Assembly (NCBI GenBank): GCA_041645165.1
Contig: JBAZQN010000005.1
Coordinates: 19,832 to 83,831, forward strand
Reading direction: 5' to 3'
From: Patescibacteria group bacterium
GTDB taxonomy: Bacteria; Patescibacteriota; Patescibacteriia; 2-02-FULL-49-11
Length of the DNA stretch: 64,000 nucleotides
Shown: one piece after another, positions 36,595 through 45,503 of the stretch
How positions within the stretch are numbered: position 1 is the first letter of the stretch
Layout: each line of letters opens with the position of its first letter
Translations under genes and position numbers: made by a program
Notes under the pieces: model-generated
What the model was told of the DNA's origin: nothing
The model's database searches: none
What the model saw: only the letters and a program-made list of their open reading frames with translations

Positions 36595-39108
36595 ATGAAT
36601 TATCAAGAAATAAAACAAAAAATAAAAAATTGCCGCAACATTCTTGTTGGAATTGTTCCTAGTCCTGAAGCGCAAGTGCAACAAATCACTATTGCTTTGA
36701 TGTATAAATTTATGGATGATATGGATAAAGAAGCGCAGGAAAAACACGACGCCCCGCCAATGTTTTTTGCCGGCGAATTTGCTAAATATTCCTGGACTAA
36801 ACTTTTGTCGCCACAAGTAGGAAATCAAGAGAGATTAAATCTTTACGCGGAAGCGATTGAAAAAATGAATGAAAATAAAGACATTCCACAACTTTTTAGA
36901 GATATTTTCAAAGGAGCCTTTTTGCCATATCGCAGTCCCGAATCCCTTAGTTTATTTTTAAAAGAAATAAACGGTTTTACTTATGATAACAGTGAAAATT
37001 TAGGCAATGCCTTTGAACATTTGCTTTCAATTATGGGCAGTCAAGGCGACGCGGGGATGTTCAGAACCCCAAGACACATTATTGATTTTATTGTTGACGC
37101 GGTTGATCCGCAAAAAAATGAAAATATTTGCGATCCAGCTTGCGGATCTGCGGGTTTTCTTATTTCCGCCTACAAACACATAATAAACGCAAACACAAAA
37201 GAGAAAAAAGGCGATCTTTTATCGCCGGAAGAAAAGAAAAAACTTATTAAAAATTTTTCAGGTTATGATGTATCGCCGGATATGGTTCGTTTATCAAAAG
37301 TGAACATGTATTTTCATGGATTTCTTGACCCAACAATTTATGAATATGACACGCTTGGGCAAGAGGAAAAATGGGACGAAAGTTTTGATGTTATGCTTGC
37401 AAATCCGCCGTTTATGTCGCCAAAAGGCGGAATACGACCGCATAAAAGATTTTCCGTGCAAGCCAATCGCTCCGAAGTGCTTTTTGTGGATTATATTTTA
37501 GAGCATTTGCGTCCCAAAGGCCGCGCCGGCATTATCGTTCCGGAAGGAATTATTTTTCAATCCGCGACCGCTTATAAAGCGTTAAGAAAATTAATGATTG
37601 AAGACGGACTTTTGGCAGTTGTTTCGTTACCGGCTGGCGTTTTCAATCCATATGCCGGAGTAAAAACAAGCATTTTGTTTTTTGATAATGAAATTGCCAA
37701 GAAAACGAAAAATATTTTATTTCTGAAAATTCAAAATGACGGCTATGACCTTGGCGCGCAAAGACGAGAAATTGACAAAAACGATTTACCTTTGGCTTTG
37801 GAAATTATTAAGAAATACAAAGAGGTTCTTTCCTCCTGTCATTCCGTACTTGATACGGAATCTATAAAGAAAGAGCTGGATTCCCGTTTTCACGGGAATG
37901 ACAAATGGGGAGAAATCGCTCATCTTGTCGCCAAAGAAAAAATCGCCGAAACCGGCGACTACAATCTTTCGGGCGATAGATATAAAGAAAATAATAATTT
38001 TATAAACAGAAAATGGCCAATGGTTAGTTTAGATGAAGTTATTGATTTGAATTTTGGCGTAAGAATAACTAAAAAGAATAGCGAGGGGATAGAATACCCT
38101 GTTTATGGTGGCGGTGGTGAAAGTTTTAGAACCGATACATTTAATAGAGAGGACGAACTTATTATTTCTCGTTTTGCGATGGCAGAATGGTGTGTCCGCT
38201 TTGTAAAAGGAAAGTTTTATTTATTAGATTCAGGATTTACTTTTTCCGTGAAGCCAGAAAAGAAAAATGAAGTATTGAAAGATTATATTGATAGATATTT
38301 TCTTTCAACACAACAAAGGATTTATTCCTGCGCGCGAGGTCATGCCCAGAAAAATCTTGATGTAAAACAATTCAAGTCGCTTAAAATCCCGTTTCCTCCG
38401 ATTGAAGTCCAGAAAAAAATCGTTGAGCAGATTGAAGTTAAGCAAAACGCCATAGATCACGCCAAAGCAATCATCCAAAGTCTAGAGAGAGAGAGACGCT
38501 ATTTTGGTCAATCACTTAGAAAATTAAAAGGTGTTGAGTTGGTGAAATTGGAAAATATTTGTGATGATTTTAGAAATGGAGTTAATTTTTCCAAAGAGCA
38601 AGTAGGAAGAGGCACAAAACTTGTGAATATTAAAGACTTATTTAACGACGGATATGTTGATGTTGAAAATTTGGAACAAGTTGAATTAAAGGATAAAGAG
38701 GTGATAAAAAACACTCTCAAAGACGACGATTTATTATTTGTTCGTTCATCAGTCAAATACGAAGGTTGCGGCTACCCATCTCTTATTAGGGTAGGAAAGG
38801 AAAATATTGTTTTTTGTGGTTTCATTATCAAATGTTCGCCAAATAAAAAGAAGGTTTATCCGAAATATTTGCTGCATCTTTTAAGGTCTGAGGAATATCG
38901 GAATCAAGTTATCATTTTATCTAACCGAGCAAATATAACAAACATATCACAGGATAGAATAAAATCAGTAAAAATTATTTTGCCGTCAATTGAAACGCAA
39001 AAGCAGTTAGCAGATGAGGTAGAAAAAGAGCAAGAATTTATAAATATAAATAAGCAGTTGATTAAAATATACGAGCAAAAAATCGCTGATGTTTTAAGTG
39101 AAATATAG
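36595..39108 (+). CDS. hsdM: Type I N6-adenine methyltransferase fused to specificity (S) subunit
   Basis: FRTPRHI, DPACGSAGFL and NPPF, followed by two TRD-like regions ending PPIEVQKKIV and LPSIETQKQL. Confidence 0.9.
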   Translation: MNYQEIKQKIKNCRNILVGIVPSPEAQVQQITIALMYKFMDDMDKEAQEKHDAPPMFFAGEFAKYSWTKLLSPQVGNQERLNLYAEAIEKMNENKDIPQLFRDIFKGAFLPYRSPESLSLFLKEINGFTYDNSENLGNAFEHLLSIMGSQGDAGMFRTPRHIIDFIVDAVDPQKNENICDPACGSAGFLISAYKHIINANTKEKKGDLLSPEEKKKLIKNFSGYDVSPDMVRLSKVNMYFHGFLDPTIYEYDTLGQEEKWDESFDVMLANPPFMSPKGGIRPHKRFSVQANRSEVLFVDYILEHLRPKGRAGIIVPEGIIFQSATAYKALRKLMIEDGLLAVVSLPAGVFNPYAGVKTSILFFDNEIAKKTKNILFLKIQNDGYDLGAQRREIDKNDLPLALEIIKKYKEVLSSCHSVLDTESIKKELDSRFHGNDKWGEIAHLVAKEKIAETGDYNLSGDRYKENNNFINRKWPMVSLDEVIDLNFGVRITKKNSEGIEYPVYGGGGESFRTDTFNREDELIISRFAMAEWCVRFVKGKFYLLDSGFTFSVKPEKKNEVLKDYIDRYFLSTQQRIYSCARGHAQKNLDVKQFKSLKIPFPPIEVQKKIVEQIEVKQNAIDHAKAIIQSLERERRYFGQSLRKLKGVELVKLENICDDFRNGVNFSKEQVGRGTKLVNIKDLFNDGYVDVENLEQVELKDKEVIKNTLKDDDLLFVRSSVKYEGCGYPSLIRVGKENIVFCGFIIKCSPNKKKVYPKYLLHLLRSEEYRNQVIILSNRANITNISQDRIKSVKIILPSIETQKQLADEVEKEQEFININKQLIKIYEQKIADVLSEI
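37837..37903. repeat. dRS3/RPE-like palindrome inserted in-frame in hsdM-S
   Basis: tgtcattccgtacttgatacggaatc...ggattcccgttttcacgggaatgaca; contains ATTCCC-N8-GGGAAT. Confidence 0.85.
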
Positions 39109-39110
39109 TT

Positions 39111-41456
39111 ATGTTTGAAAAAGTAATCAAGCTCAAAAAATTCGGAATATTTCGCGACTTTTCATGGTGTAGTAATACTCCAGATCTTGCTCGATTCAAT
39201 TTGATTTATGGTTGGAATAAAAGTGGCAAGACGACTTTTTCGAGAATATTTTCTACTTGCGAAAAAAAGACGACAGAATTTAACCAATACCCGAAAGACA
39301 AAGAAGGAAATTTGGGCGAATTTGAGATAAAGTTAAATAACGGCACTACAATTAAGCATTTCGATTGCCAAAACGGGACAAAACAAATACGAGTATTCAA
39401 TGAAGATTTTATTGACGAGAATGTGTCATTTGATCCATCCAATCCTAGCAATCCGATTGTTTATGTAAGCGAAGTAGATATAGAGAGTAGTAAAAAGTTG
39501 AAGGAGCTAAGAGGGAAAGCTACACTATTATCTCAAAATTTTGAAGCCTATTTGAAAGCCCGCCAAAAAAGCGAAAAGGCAGAAGATGATTTTCGAAAAT
39601 CCACGGCACGCACTATCAAGGACATCGTCGGCAATCTGAAAGTTAATGATAAATACCGCGACTATGACAAGAGTGGCGTAAAGATAGCAATTGAAAATAT
39701 AGGGATTGATAATTTCACCAAATTTTCTGATGAAGATTTTGAAAAAAAGAAAAAACTTATCGGTGGCGACCCACCCAATAATCAATCACTTTTTTCAAAA
39801 TATGATCTTGGATTTTCATTCAATGGAAAAAATCTATCAAATTTTTCAGACATCCACGATGAAATCGCTACATTACTTAAACGCAAAGTGGTCGCGGAAA
39901 CTATTGACCGTCTAAAAAACGATCCCGAATTAAACAAATGGGCGCAACACGGATTCGAGCTACATAAAAACAAAGATGAAAAGAAAAAGTGTTTGTTTTG
40001 CCAAAATGAATTTTCCGAGGGTTTTTTAGATTTGTTATCAAAACATTTCAGCAACGATTACGAAAAATTACAGGACGACATAACATCGTTGATTCAGGGA
40101 TTAGTTGATCTAAAAAAGGAAAAAATTATAGAGAAAATTTCGGAGCTTTATGCAGATTTACAGAGTGGCTATAAAGATATAGCCAAAAGGCTAAATGGCA
40201 TTGTGGAAGAATTGAATGGCTGGATAGATGAGGTAACAAAAAAACTGAATAAGAAGCACGACAACCCGCTTTCAATGGCGGAAGCGCCAAAATCACCAAA
40301 AGATTTTAAGGAATCCTATGATAAAGCGACTGATGAGTTAAATTCTGTTATTGCTAGCCATAATTTGAAGGTCAGAAATCACGAACAAGAAGTAAAAACT
40401 GCGAAAGAGGAATTAGAGAACCACCTCATTGCCGTTGCTTTAAAAGAACTAGATTATCCAAAAATAAAAGCGGATTATGATTCAGACATTGAAACTGAGA
40501 AAAAAGCAAAAAATGCGGTGGAAGAAAATAATAAACAAATATTAATATTAGAAAAAGAAACATCCAATATCGGAAAAGCTGTTCAAAAAATAAACAAACA
40601 TCTGGAAGAATTTTTTGGAAGAAAGGAAATACATCTTGAATTAGACGACTTCAAAAAGGGCTATGTTATAAAACGCGATGATGATACGGCGCACAATTTG
40701 AGTAAGGGCGAAAAAAATGCCATCGCGTTTTCCTATTTTGTTGTTAAAACCCAAGAAAAAGGATTCAAAACTGATGAAGGAATAATTGTAATTGATGACC
40801 CTATTTCCAGCTTTGATTCCAATTTTATCTATCATTGCTTTTCATTGATAAAAAGTCACTTCAAAGAATCCGAGCAGTTGATCGTCTCGACTCATAATTT
40901 TGAATTTTTTAATTTGGTGAAAGATTGGTTTGAGCAAAAAAACCGGAAAGTAGAGAGCGATAATAAGAAAATTGCGAACGAGTTAGATAAAAAGCCCACC
41001 CCTTGCGAATTTTTTATGATTGAAAATACCGTTGAGAATGAAAAACGGTGCGCCTCAATCGTACCATTGGAAGAAACTTTGAGGAAATTCAAGTCAGAGT
41101 ACCATTTTCTTTTTTCTAGATTGAATCAGTTTATCGCTGCAGGTTCGCCGAACTACGCCGACTTTTACACTATCGGAAATATAGCAAGAAGATTTTTAGA
41201 AATTTACATAAACTTTAAAATTCCAACCACCGGCGACTTAAAAAGCAGGGTTGATCAACTTGATACACAGACAGTAAGTGACACGGAAAAAGATAAGGTG
41301 TATAGATTAATTCAGGAATTTTCGCATGGGCTTGATCCTGTGAGCACGATTGAGCACAAGGACAAAAGCGAGATACAAGGTGCAATTAAAGTATTGCTGA
41401 AAATGGTTGAGGAGTCGGACAATAAGCATTTCGAATCATTGAAAAGTACGTTATAA
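39111..41456 (+). CDS. RloC-like ABC ATPase/HEPN anticodon nuclease (AAA_13 family)
   Basis: Walker A GWNKSGKT, coiled coil with CLFC zinc hook, LSKGE, IDDPISSFD, and C-terminal RRFLE...RLIQEFSH. Confidence 0.8.
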   Translation: MFEKVIKLKKFGIFRDFSWCSNTPDLARFNLIYGWNKSGKTTFSRIFSTCEKKTTEFNQYPKDKEGNLGEFEIKLNNGTTIKHFDCQNGTKQIRVFNEDFIDENVSFDPSNPSNPIVYVSEVDIESSKKLKELRGKATLLSQNFEAYLKARQKSEKAEDDFRKSTARTIKDIVGNLKVNDKYRDYDKSGVKIAIENIGIDNFTKFSDEDFEKKKKLIGGDPPNNQSLFSKYDLGFSFNGKNLSNFSDIHDEIATLLKRKVVAETIDRLKNDPELNKWAQHGFELHKNKDEKKKCLFCQNEFSEGFLDLLSKHFSNDYEKLQDDITSLIQGLVDLKKEKIIEKISELYADLQSGYKDIAKRLNGIVEELNGWIDEVTKKLNKKHDNPLSMAEAPKSPKDFKESYDKATDELNSVIASHNLKVRNHEQEVKTAKEELENHLIAVALKELDYPKIKADYDSDIETEKKAKNAVEENNKQILILEKETSNIGKAVQKINKHLEEFFGRKEIHLELDDFKKGYVIKRDDDTAHNLSKGEKNAIAFSYFVVKTQEKGFKTDEGIIVIDDPISSFDSNFIYHCFSLIKSHFKESEQLIVSTHNFEFFNLVKDWFEQKNRKVESDNKKIANELDKKPTPCEFFMIENTVENEKRCASIVPLEETLRKFKSEYHFLFSRLNQFIAAGSPNYADFYTIGNIARRFLEIYINFKIPTTGDLKSRVDQLDTQTVSDTEKDKVYRLIQEFSHGLDPVSTIEHKDKSEIQGAIKVLLKMVEESDNKHFESLKSTL

Positions 41457-41571
41457 TAAATTTGATGTCCCGCCGTCCGCTCGCCAAAAATTCTGTTTCG
41501 CTCCGCAGGAGCGATGATGTGGAAAGCGTTTCCGCCGTCTTGGTATCAAGACATCAAAGCAAAATAATCTT

Positions 41572-42093
41572 ATGCCAGATGATAATTTAACTACTGAATC
41601 ACCAGCGGCGGAGGTGCCGGTAGAGATGCCGGTGGTGCCAAACGAACCGATTCCGCCAGTCAAAATTCCACCTGTGACACCAAGCGAACCGGTGCCGGCA
41701 TCAGCGCCGCCGACAACGGAAGTGCCGGTTGAGGTTAGCCCCAGTGCCTCGGCAGTAGCTCCAACCGTTGTAACCTCGCCCACGCCGCCGCCCGCGCAAG
41801 CCGAACCAGCGCCTGCCATCGGGTTAGCGCCGGCCGTGAATTTAAAGTCATTGTTGGCGAAGGCCATGGAGACCATCAGATTCCGCAGAAATGCGAAGCT
41901 GGAAAAAATCATGAAATTTGTGGGCGAAAAAGGCTCTGTCACTAATGACCAGGCGCAAATGCTGCTCCGCATTTCCGATGCCACCGCAAGTCGCTATCTT
42001 TTGACGCTCACCCAACAGGGGCGTCTGCGGAGGACCGGCAAGACATCGGGCAGCCGCTATGAGTCGACAGTCGGCTCAAATGGAGGGAATTGA
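41572..42093 (+). CDS. Pro-rich protein with C-terminal winged helix-turn-helix
   Basis: VTNDQAQMLLRISDATASRYLLTL...G. Confidence 0.75.
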   Translation: MPDDNLTTESPAAEVPVEMPVVPNEPIPPVKIPPVTPSEPVPASAPPTTEVPVEVSPSASAVAPTVVTSPTPPPAQAEPAPAIGLAPAVNLKSLLAKAMETIRFRRNAKLEKIMKFVGEKGSVTNDQAQMLLRISDATASRYLLTLTQQGRLRRTGKTSGSRYESTVGSNGGN

Positions 42094-42202
42094 GCCGATG
42101 GCGATGCAAGAATGAGCGATAGCCGTTATAAAAATTTGGTTTTATTCGGAGAATTGTACTCACATTATAGACATCACATTGAGAAATGGTACTCATCAGC
42201 AG

Positions 42203-42264
42203 TGTCATGGTGAGCTTGTCGAATCCATACACTGCGGACATCCTTCGACAGGCTCAGGATGACA
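42203..42264. repeat. REP-like palindrome TGTCAT-GGTGAGCTTGTCGAA...TTCGACAGGCTCAGG-ATGACA
   Basis: Long inverted repeat with TGTCAT/ATGACA ends. Confidence 0.8.
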
Positions 42265-42304
42265 GTACTACGTCATGATGTGATATCTATAAGCGCAAAA
42301 AATT

Positions 42305-42655
42305 ATGGGCATGGTTGAAAATTTTCGTACGCACGAAGCGTTTATCAAAAGAGAATTAAAACGCGCGCATAGCGACGCGGGGTGGCGGGATTTGTCGGAT
42401 TATCACCACACGCAAATTCAAAATTTCCAGCATGAGCGGCTGGTTCATTTGCTCGTGACCCTGACGTATGCCTTGGTCAATCTGATTGCCCTCGCGATCA
42501 CGCTCGCATTTCCCAGCATTGGCATAGTAATTTTGGACATTATCCTGCTCGTGATGCTCGCGTTTTATGTCTGGCATTATTTTGCTCTGGAAAACGGCAT
42601 TGCGCGGCTGTACCAATTGGACCAAAAAATTATCAAGAAATACCTGGATAGATAG
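42305..42655 (+). CDS. Hypothetical 2-TM protein (QHERLVHLLVT...HYFALEN)
   Basis: Well-formed ORF with two TM helices. Confidence 0.7.
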   Translation: MGMVENFRTHEAFIKRELKRAHSDAGWRDLSDYHHTQIQNFQHERLVHLLVTLTYALVNLIALAITLAFPSIGIVILDIILLVMLAFYVWHYFALENGIARLYQLDQKIIKKYLDR

Positions 42656-42669
42656 CCATAAATCACTTT

Positions 42670-43209
42670 ATGCATTATCATCCCGCAGACACTGAAGGCG
42701 CGCCGCCGCAAGAAGAGATATATACGGGAAATGAAATTATCATCGCAAGCAAGCGGGAAAATGCAAAGATTATTATTGATGAAATTGAACAAAAAATGCA
42801 AGAGCTTGGATGGTTGGAGGATAACGTAAATATTTTTATCACAGCTTTAAGCGAAGCATTAAATAATGCGATCGTCCACGGCAATTTTGGATTGGCGCAG
42901 GCACAATTTTCTGATGATGAAAAATATAGCGATGCGATAAAAGAAGCTGAAGCAAAATGGGGTGAAGTAAAGAAAGTAATCATCACTATTGAAGACATGA
43001 GTTCTACTCATATATCAATGATGGTCACTGACGAAGGAAAAGGATTTAATCATGAAGCGTTGCTTGATCCTAGACAACCAGAAAACTTATTAAAGGAGAG
43101 CGGGCGCGGAGTGTTGATTATGCAAAAACTTGTGAAGGTAGAATATTTAGGTGACGGAAACAAGGTGCGTCTGGAATTGCCACGCGTGGCAGAGGAAACC
43201 GCTCGCTGA
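42670..43209 (+). CDS. RsbW-like anti-sigma factor / HATPase protein
   Basis: ALSEALNNAIVHGN, DEGKGF and ESGRGV. Confidence 0.88.
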   Translation: MHYHPADTEGAPPQEEIYTGNEIIIASKRENAKIIIDEIEQKMQELGWLEDNVNIFITALSEALNNAIVHGNFGLAQAQFSDDEKYSDAIKEAEAKWGEVKKVIITIEDMSSTHISMMVTDEGKGFNHEALLDPRQPENLLKESGRGVLIMQKLVKVEYLGDGNKVRLELPRVAEETAR

Positions 43210-43282
43210 GATTTATTCTCTCATTGCCGCCAGAGGCGGACACAGCGTGCGCTTTGCCGCATGAGCAGAAAATTTATATTAC

Positions 43283-43490
43283 TATACTCGATTGCTATTC
43301 AAATTCCGATTCTATCGTCATTCCCGCCCCGTATCACGGTACGGGGCAGGCTCCAGCGGGAATCCAGACGCCGTCCTCGACCGAGATCGGGGAACACCAA
43401 AAGAAAATAGATTTTTTTGTTTGTTTTTTATGTCTGGATTCCAGATCAGGTCTGGAATGACAATCGGAACTGGGTTGGCAATGTAGTATA
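43283..43490 (+). mobile_element. MITE-like ~207-bp element (copy 2)
   Basis: Near-identical to 5011-5240 and 56264-56469. Confidence 0.9.
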
Positions 43491-43502
43491 ATTCAAGGGT
43501 AT

Positions 43503-44420
43503 ATGGCCTCAAGAGAATTACATAAAAAGTTGAATGAGCTTCGTGAAGTCTTTGATTTTGAGAAAGTATTATCAATTTCCGCTGATAATAAGTACATTCA
43601 AAAGTATTATAGGGTAAACCAGATACCCTATTCTGTTTTCCATACGCATACAGACCTCATGTATATGGGTATCAGCAGGGATGGCGTATACAAAGAAAGC
43701 GACCTTCTTGCCCATGCGCGTTTTGTTGATGGTTATATAAAGAAATATTGCGCCAAAAAGGTTTTGGAAATTGCCACTGGGCGCGGGGCAAATTCTGCGT
43801 ATTTAGCCAAGATGAATCCAGAAGTCCAGTTTTACGGGATTGATCTCTCGCCCGGGCAATTGGCCTATGCAGAGAAAAGGGGGCGTCGGTTCCCAAATTA
43901 TTTTCCCACGCAGGGCGATTATCATGATTTATCACGATATGCTCCCGATACATTCGACATTGTCTTTGTCGTGGAAGCATTGTGTTATAGCAGGGAGAAG
44001 GAAAAGGTATTAGATGAGGTGTACAGGGTTTTGAAAAAGGGCGGGTATTTTATCATTTCCGACGGCTATAGGAGCGCCTCAAATCTCGATGAAGCGGAAA
44101 AGTTGGCGTGCCGTTTGTGCGAGAGAGGAATGGCGCTTGAGGTGTTTGACACCTATGATGAATTTTTAAGGGTGATAAAATTGAGCAAGTTTTCCATCGC
44201 ACATGAGGAGGATGTCTCAACGTGCATCATGCCTACGCTTTACAAGTTTGAATCCCTCGCGCGTAAATTTTTGAAATGTAAAAGGTGCGCAAAGTGGGCG
44301 CTCATGATTCTCCCCTCTGCGTTTGTAAATAATTTCATCTCTGCCTATCTCATGCCTACCATTGTCAAAGACAGGATTGGCAGCTATTGGATCACGGTAT
44401 TAAAAAAGCAAGGGAGTTAA
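43503..44420 (+). CDS. Class I SAM-dependent methyltransferase
   Basis: VLEIATGRG, GIDLS, FDIV and RVLKKGG. Confidence 0.9.
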   Translation: MASRELHKKLNELREVFDFEKVLSISADNKYIQKYYRVNQIPYSVFHTHTDLMYMGISRDGVYKESDLLAHARFVDGYIKKYCAKKVLEIATGRGANSAYLAKMNPEVQFYGIDLSPGQLAYAEKRGRRFPNYFPTQGDYHDLSRYAPDTFDIVFVVEALCYSREKEKVLDEVYRVLKKGGYFIISDGYRSASNLDEAEKLACRLCERGMALEVFDTYDEFLRVIKLSKFSIAHEEDVSTCIMPTLYKFESLARKFLKCKRCAKWALMILPSAFVNNFISAYLMPTIVKDRIGSYWITVLKKQGS

Positions 44421-44471
44421 CCTCATATTTCCTTACATTCGCGATAGGTGAATAGCAGATATGTTTTATTT

Positions 44472-45089
44472 ATGGAAATTATTTTGGCTACCCGTAATAC
44501 TGATAAGTTGAAACAGTTCTCCATCTTTTTCAGGGATTTAGGGCTATCGCTTGTGTTGCCGCAGCAGGAGATCAGCGTGGATGAAGACAAGCCGACTTTG
44601 CAAGAGAATGCGGAGAAAAAGGCGCTCGCATATTCTGCATTGTATCCGCAGCAGTTTGTCGTGGCCACTGATGGCGGCATTACAGTTCCCTATCTGGGAG
44701 AACGCTGGAACCACGTGTGGACGCGCAGGCTTTCCGGGCTTGATGCGTCCAGTGTATTCACCGACCGAGAGCGTTGCGAATCACTGCTCGCATTGTTAAA
44801 AGACGCGAAGGGCGATGAGCGCCGCGTATCATGGCGCGAGGCGTATGCGGTCGCGCGCGCAGAGAAGATTATTTTTTCCGAAGAGTTGTCCGGCGCTGAT
44901 GACCAGGGGATGCTTCTGAACCATATTCCTCCTGATTTTCAGGAGAGCGGTTATTGGATTGGTTATCTATGGCACGAACCGCGGTTCAAGAAACATTATA
45001 TGGCGCTCACTGAGGAAGAAAAGAAAACCCGTGACTGCGCCACCGCCCAATTCGTCCGGCTTATAAAGGAAAGGAAAATTTTTGAATAA
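44472..45089 (+). CDS. Non-canonical purine NTP pyrophosphatase (Ham1/ITPase family, divergent)
   Basis: IILATRNTDK, ENAEKKA and ATDGG. Confidence 0.8.
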   Translation: MEIILATRNTDKLKQFSIFFRDLGLSLVLPQQEISVDEDKPTLQENAEKKALAYSALYPQQFVVATDGGITVPYLGERWNHVWTRRLSGLDASSVFTDRERCESLLALLKDAKGDERRVSWREAYAVARAEKIIFSEELSGADDQGMLLNHIPPDFQESGYWIGYLWHEPRFKKHYMALTEEEKKTRDCATAQFVRLIKERKIFE

Positions 45090-45146
45090 TTAAATTGCAG
45101 TAATTTTAATTCTCTCATTTGACTCCGTTATACCACGGGACAAGCA

Positions 45147-45307
45147 TGCTGACCCAATTCCGATCGTCATTCCAGACTTGATCTGGAATCCAGAAACAAA
45201 AATAAACAAAAACCGATCGATTTTTATGTTTGTTTTGGTTTTCTAGATCCCGCATCTTAAGTGCGGGATGACGGTGAGGATCGGAATTTGAATAGCAATT
45301 GAGTATA
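45147..45307 (-). mobile_element. MITE-like element (copy 4, reversed, shorter variant)
   Basis: Reverse complement begins tatactcaattgctattcaaattccgat and ends ggaatgacgatcggaattgggtcagca. Confidence 0.85.
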
Positions 45308-45320
45308 ACAAGCATGCCTG

Positions 45321-45497
45321 TTGACAAGAGGTAGGTGGTTTGTATAGGATGAGAATAGTCTATGTACCATTGCACCAAGGTCAACGCCATCATTATCAGC
45401 ATTATACTTGTAAGCCCTTTCAAGAGGCCTTGATGTGCATTCGAAATTAATGCGAAACGTCACGAGCCTCCACTCAAAGGGGCTCGATTTCATTTTA
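45321..45497 (+). promoter_or_regulatory. Promoter plus Ile/Leu/Val leader-peptide attenuator
   Basis: TTGACA-18-TAGGAT; leader 45362-45433 MYHCTKVNAIIISIILVSPFKRP; terminator CGAGCC...GGCTCG plus T-rich tail at 45463-45496. Confidence 0.8.
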
Positions 45498-45503
45498 AGT
45501 TCT

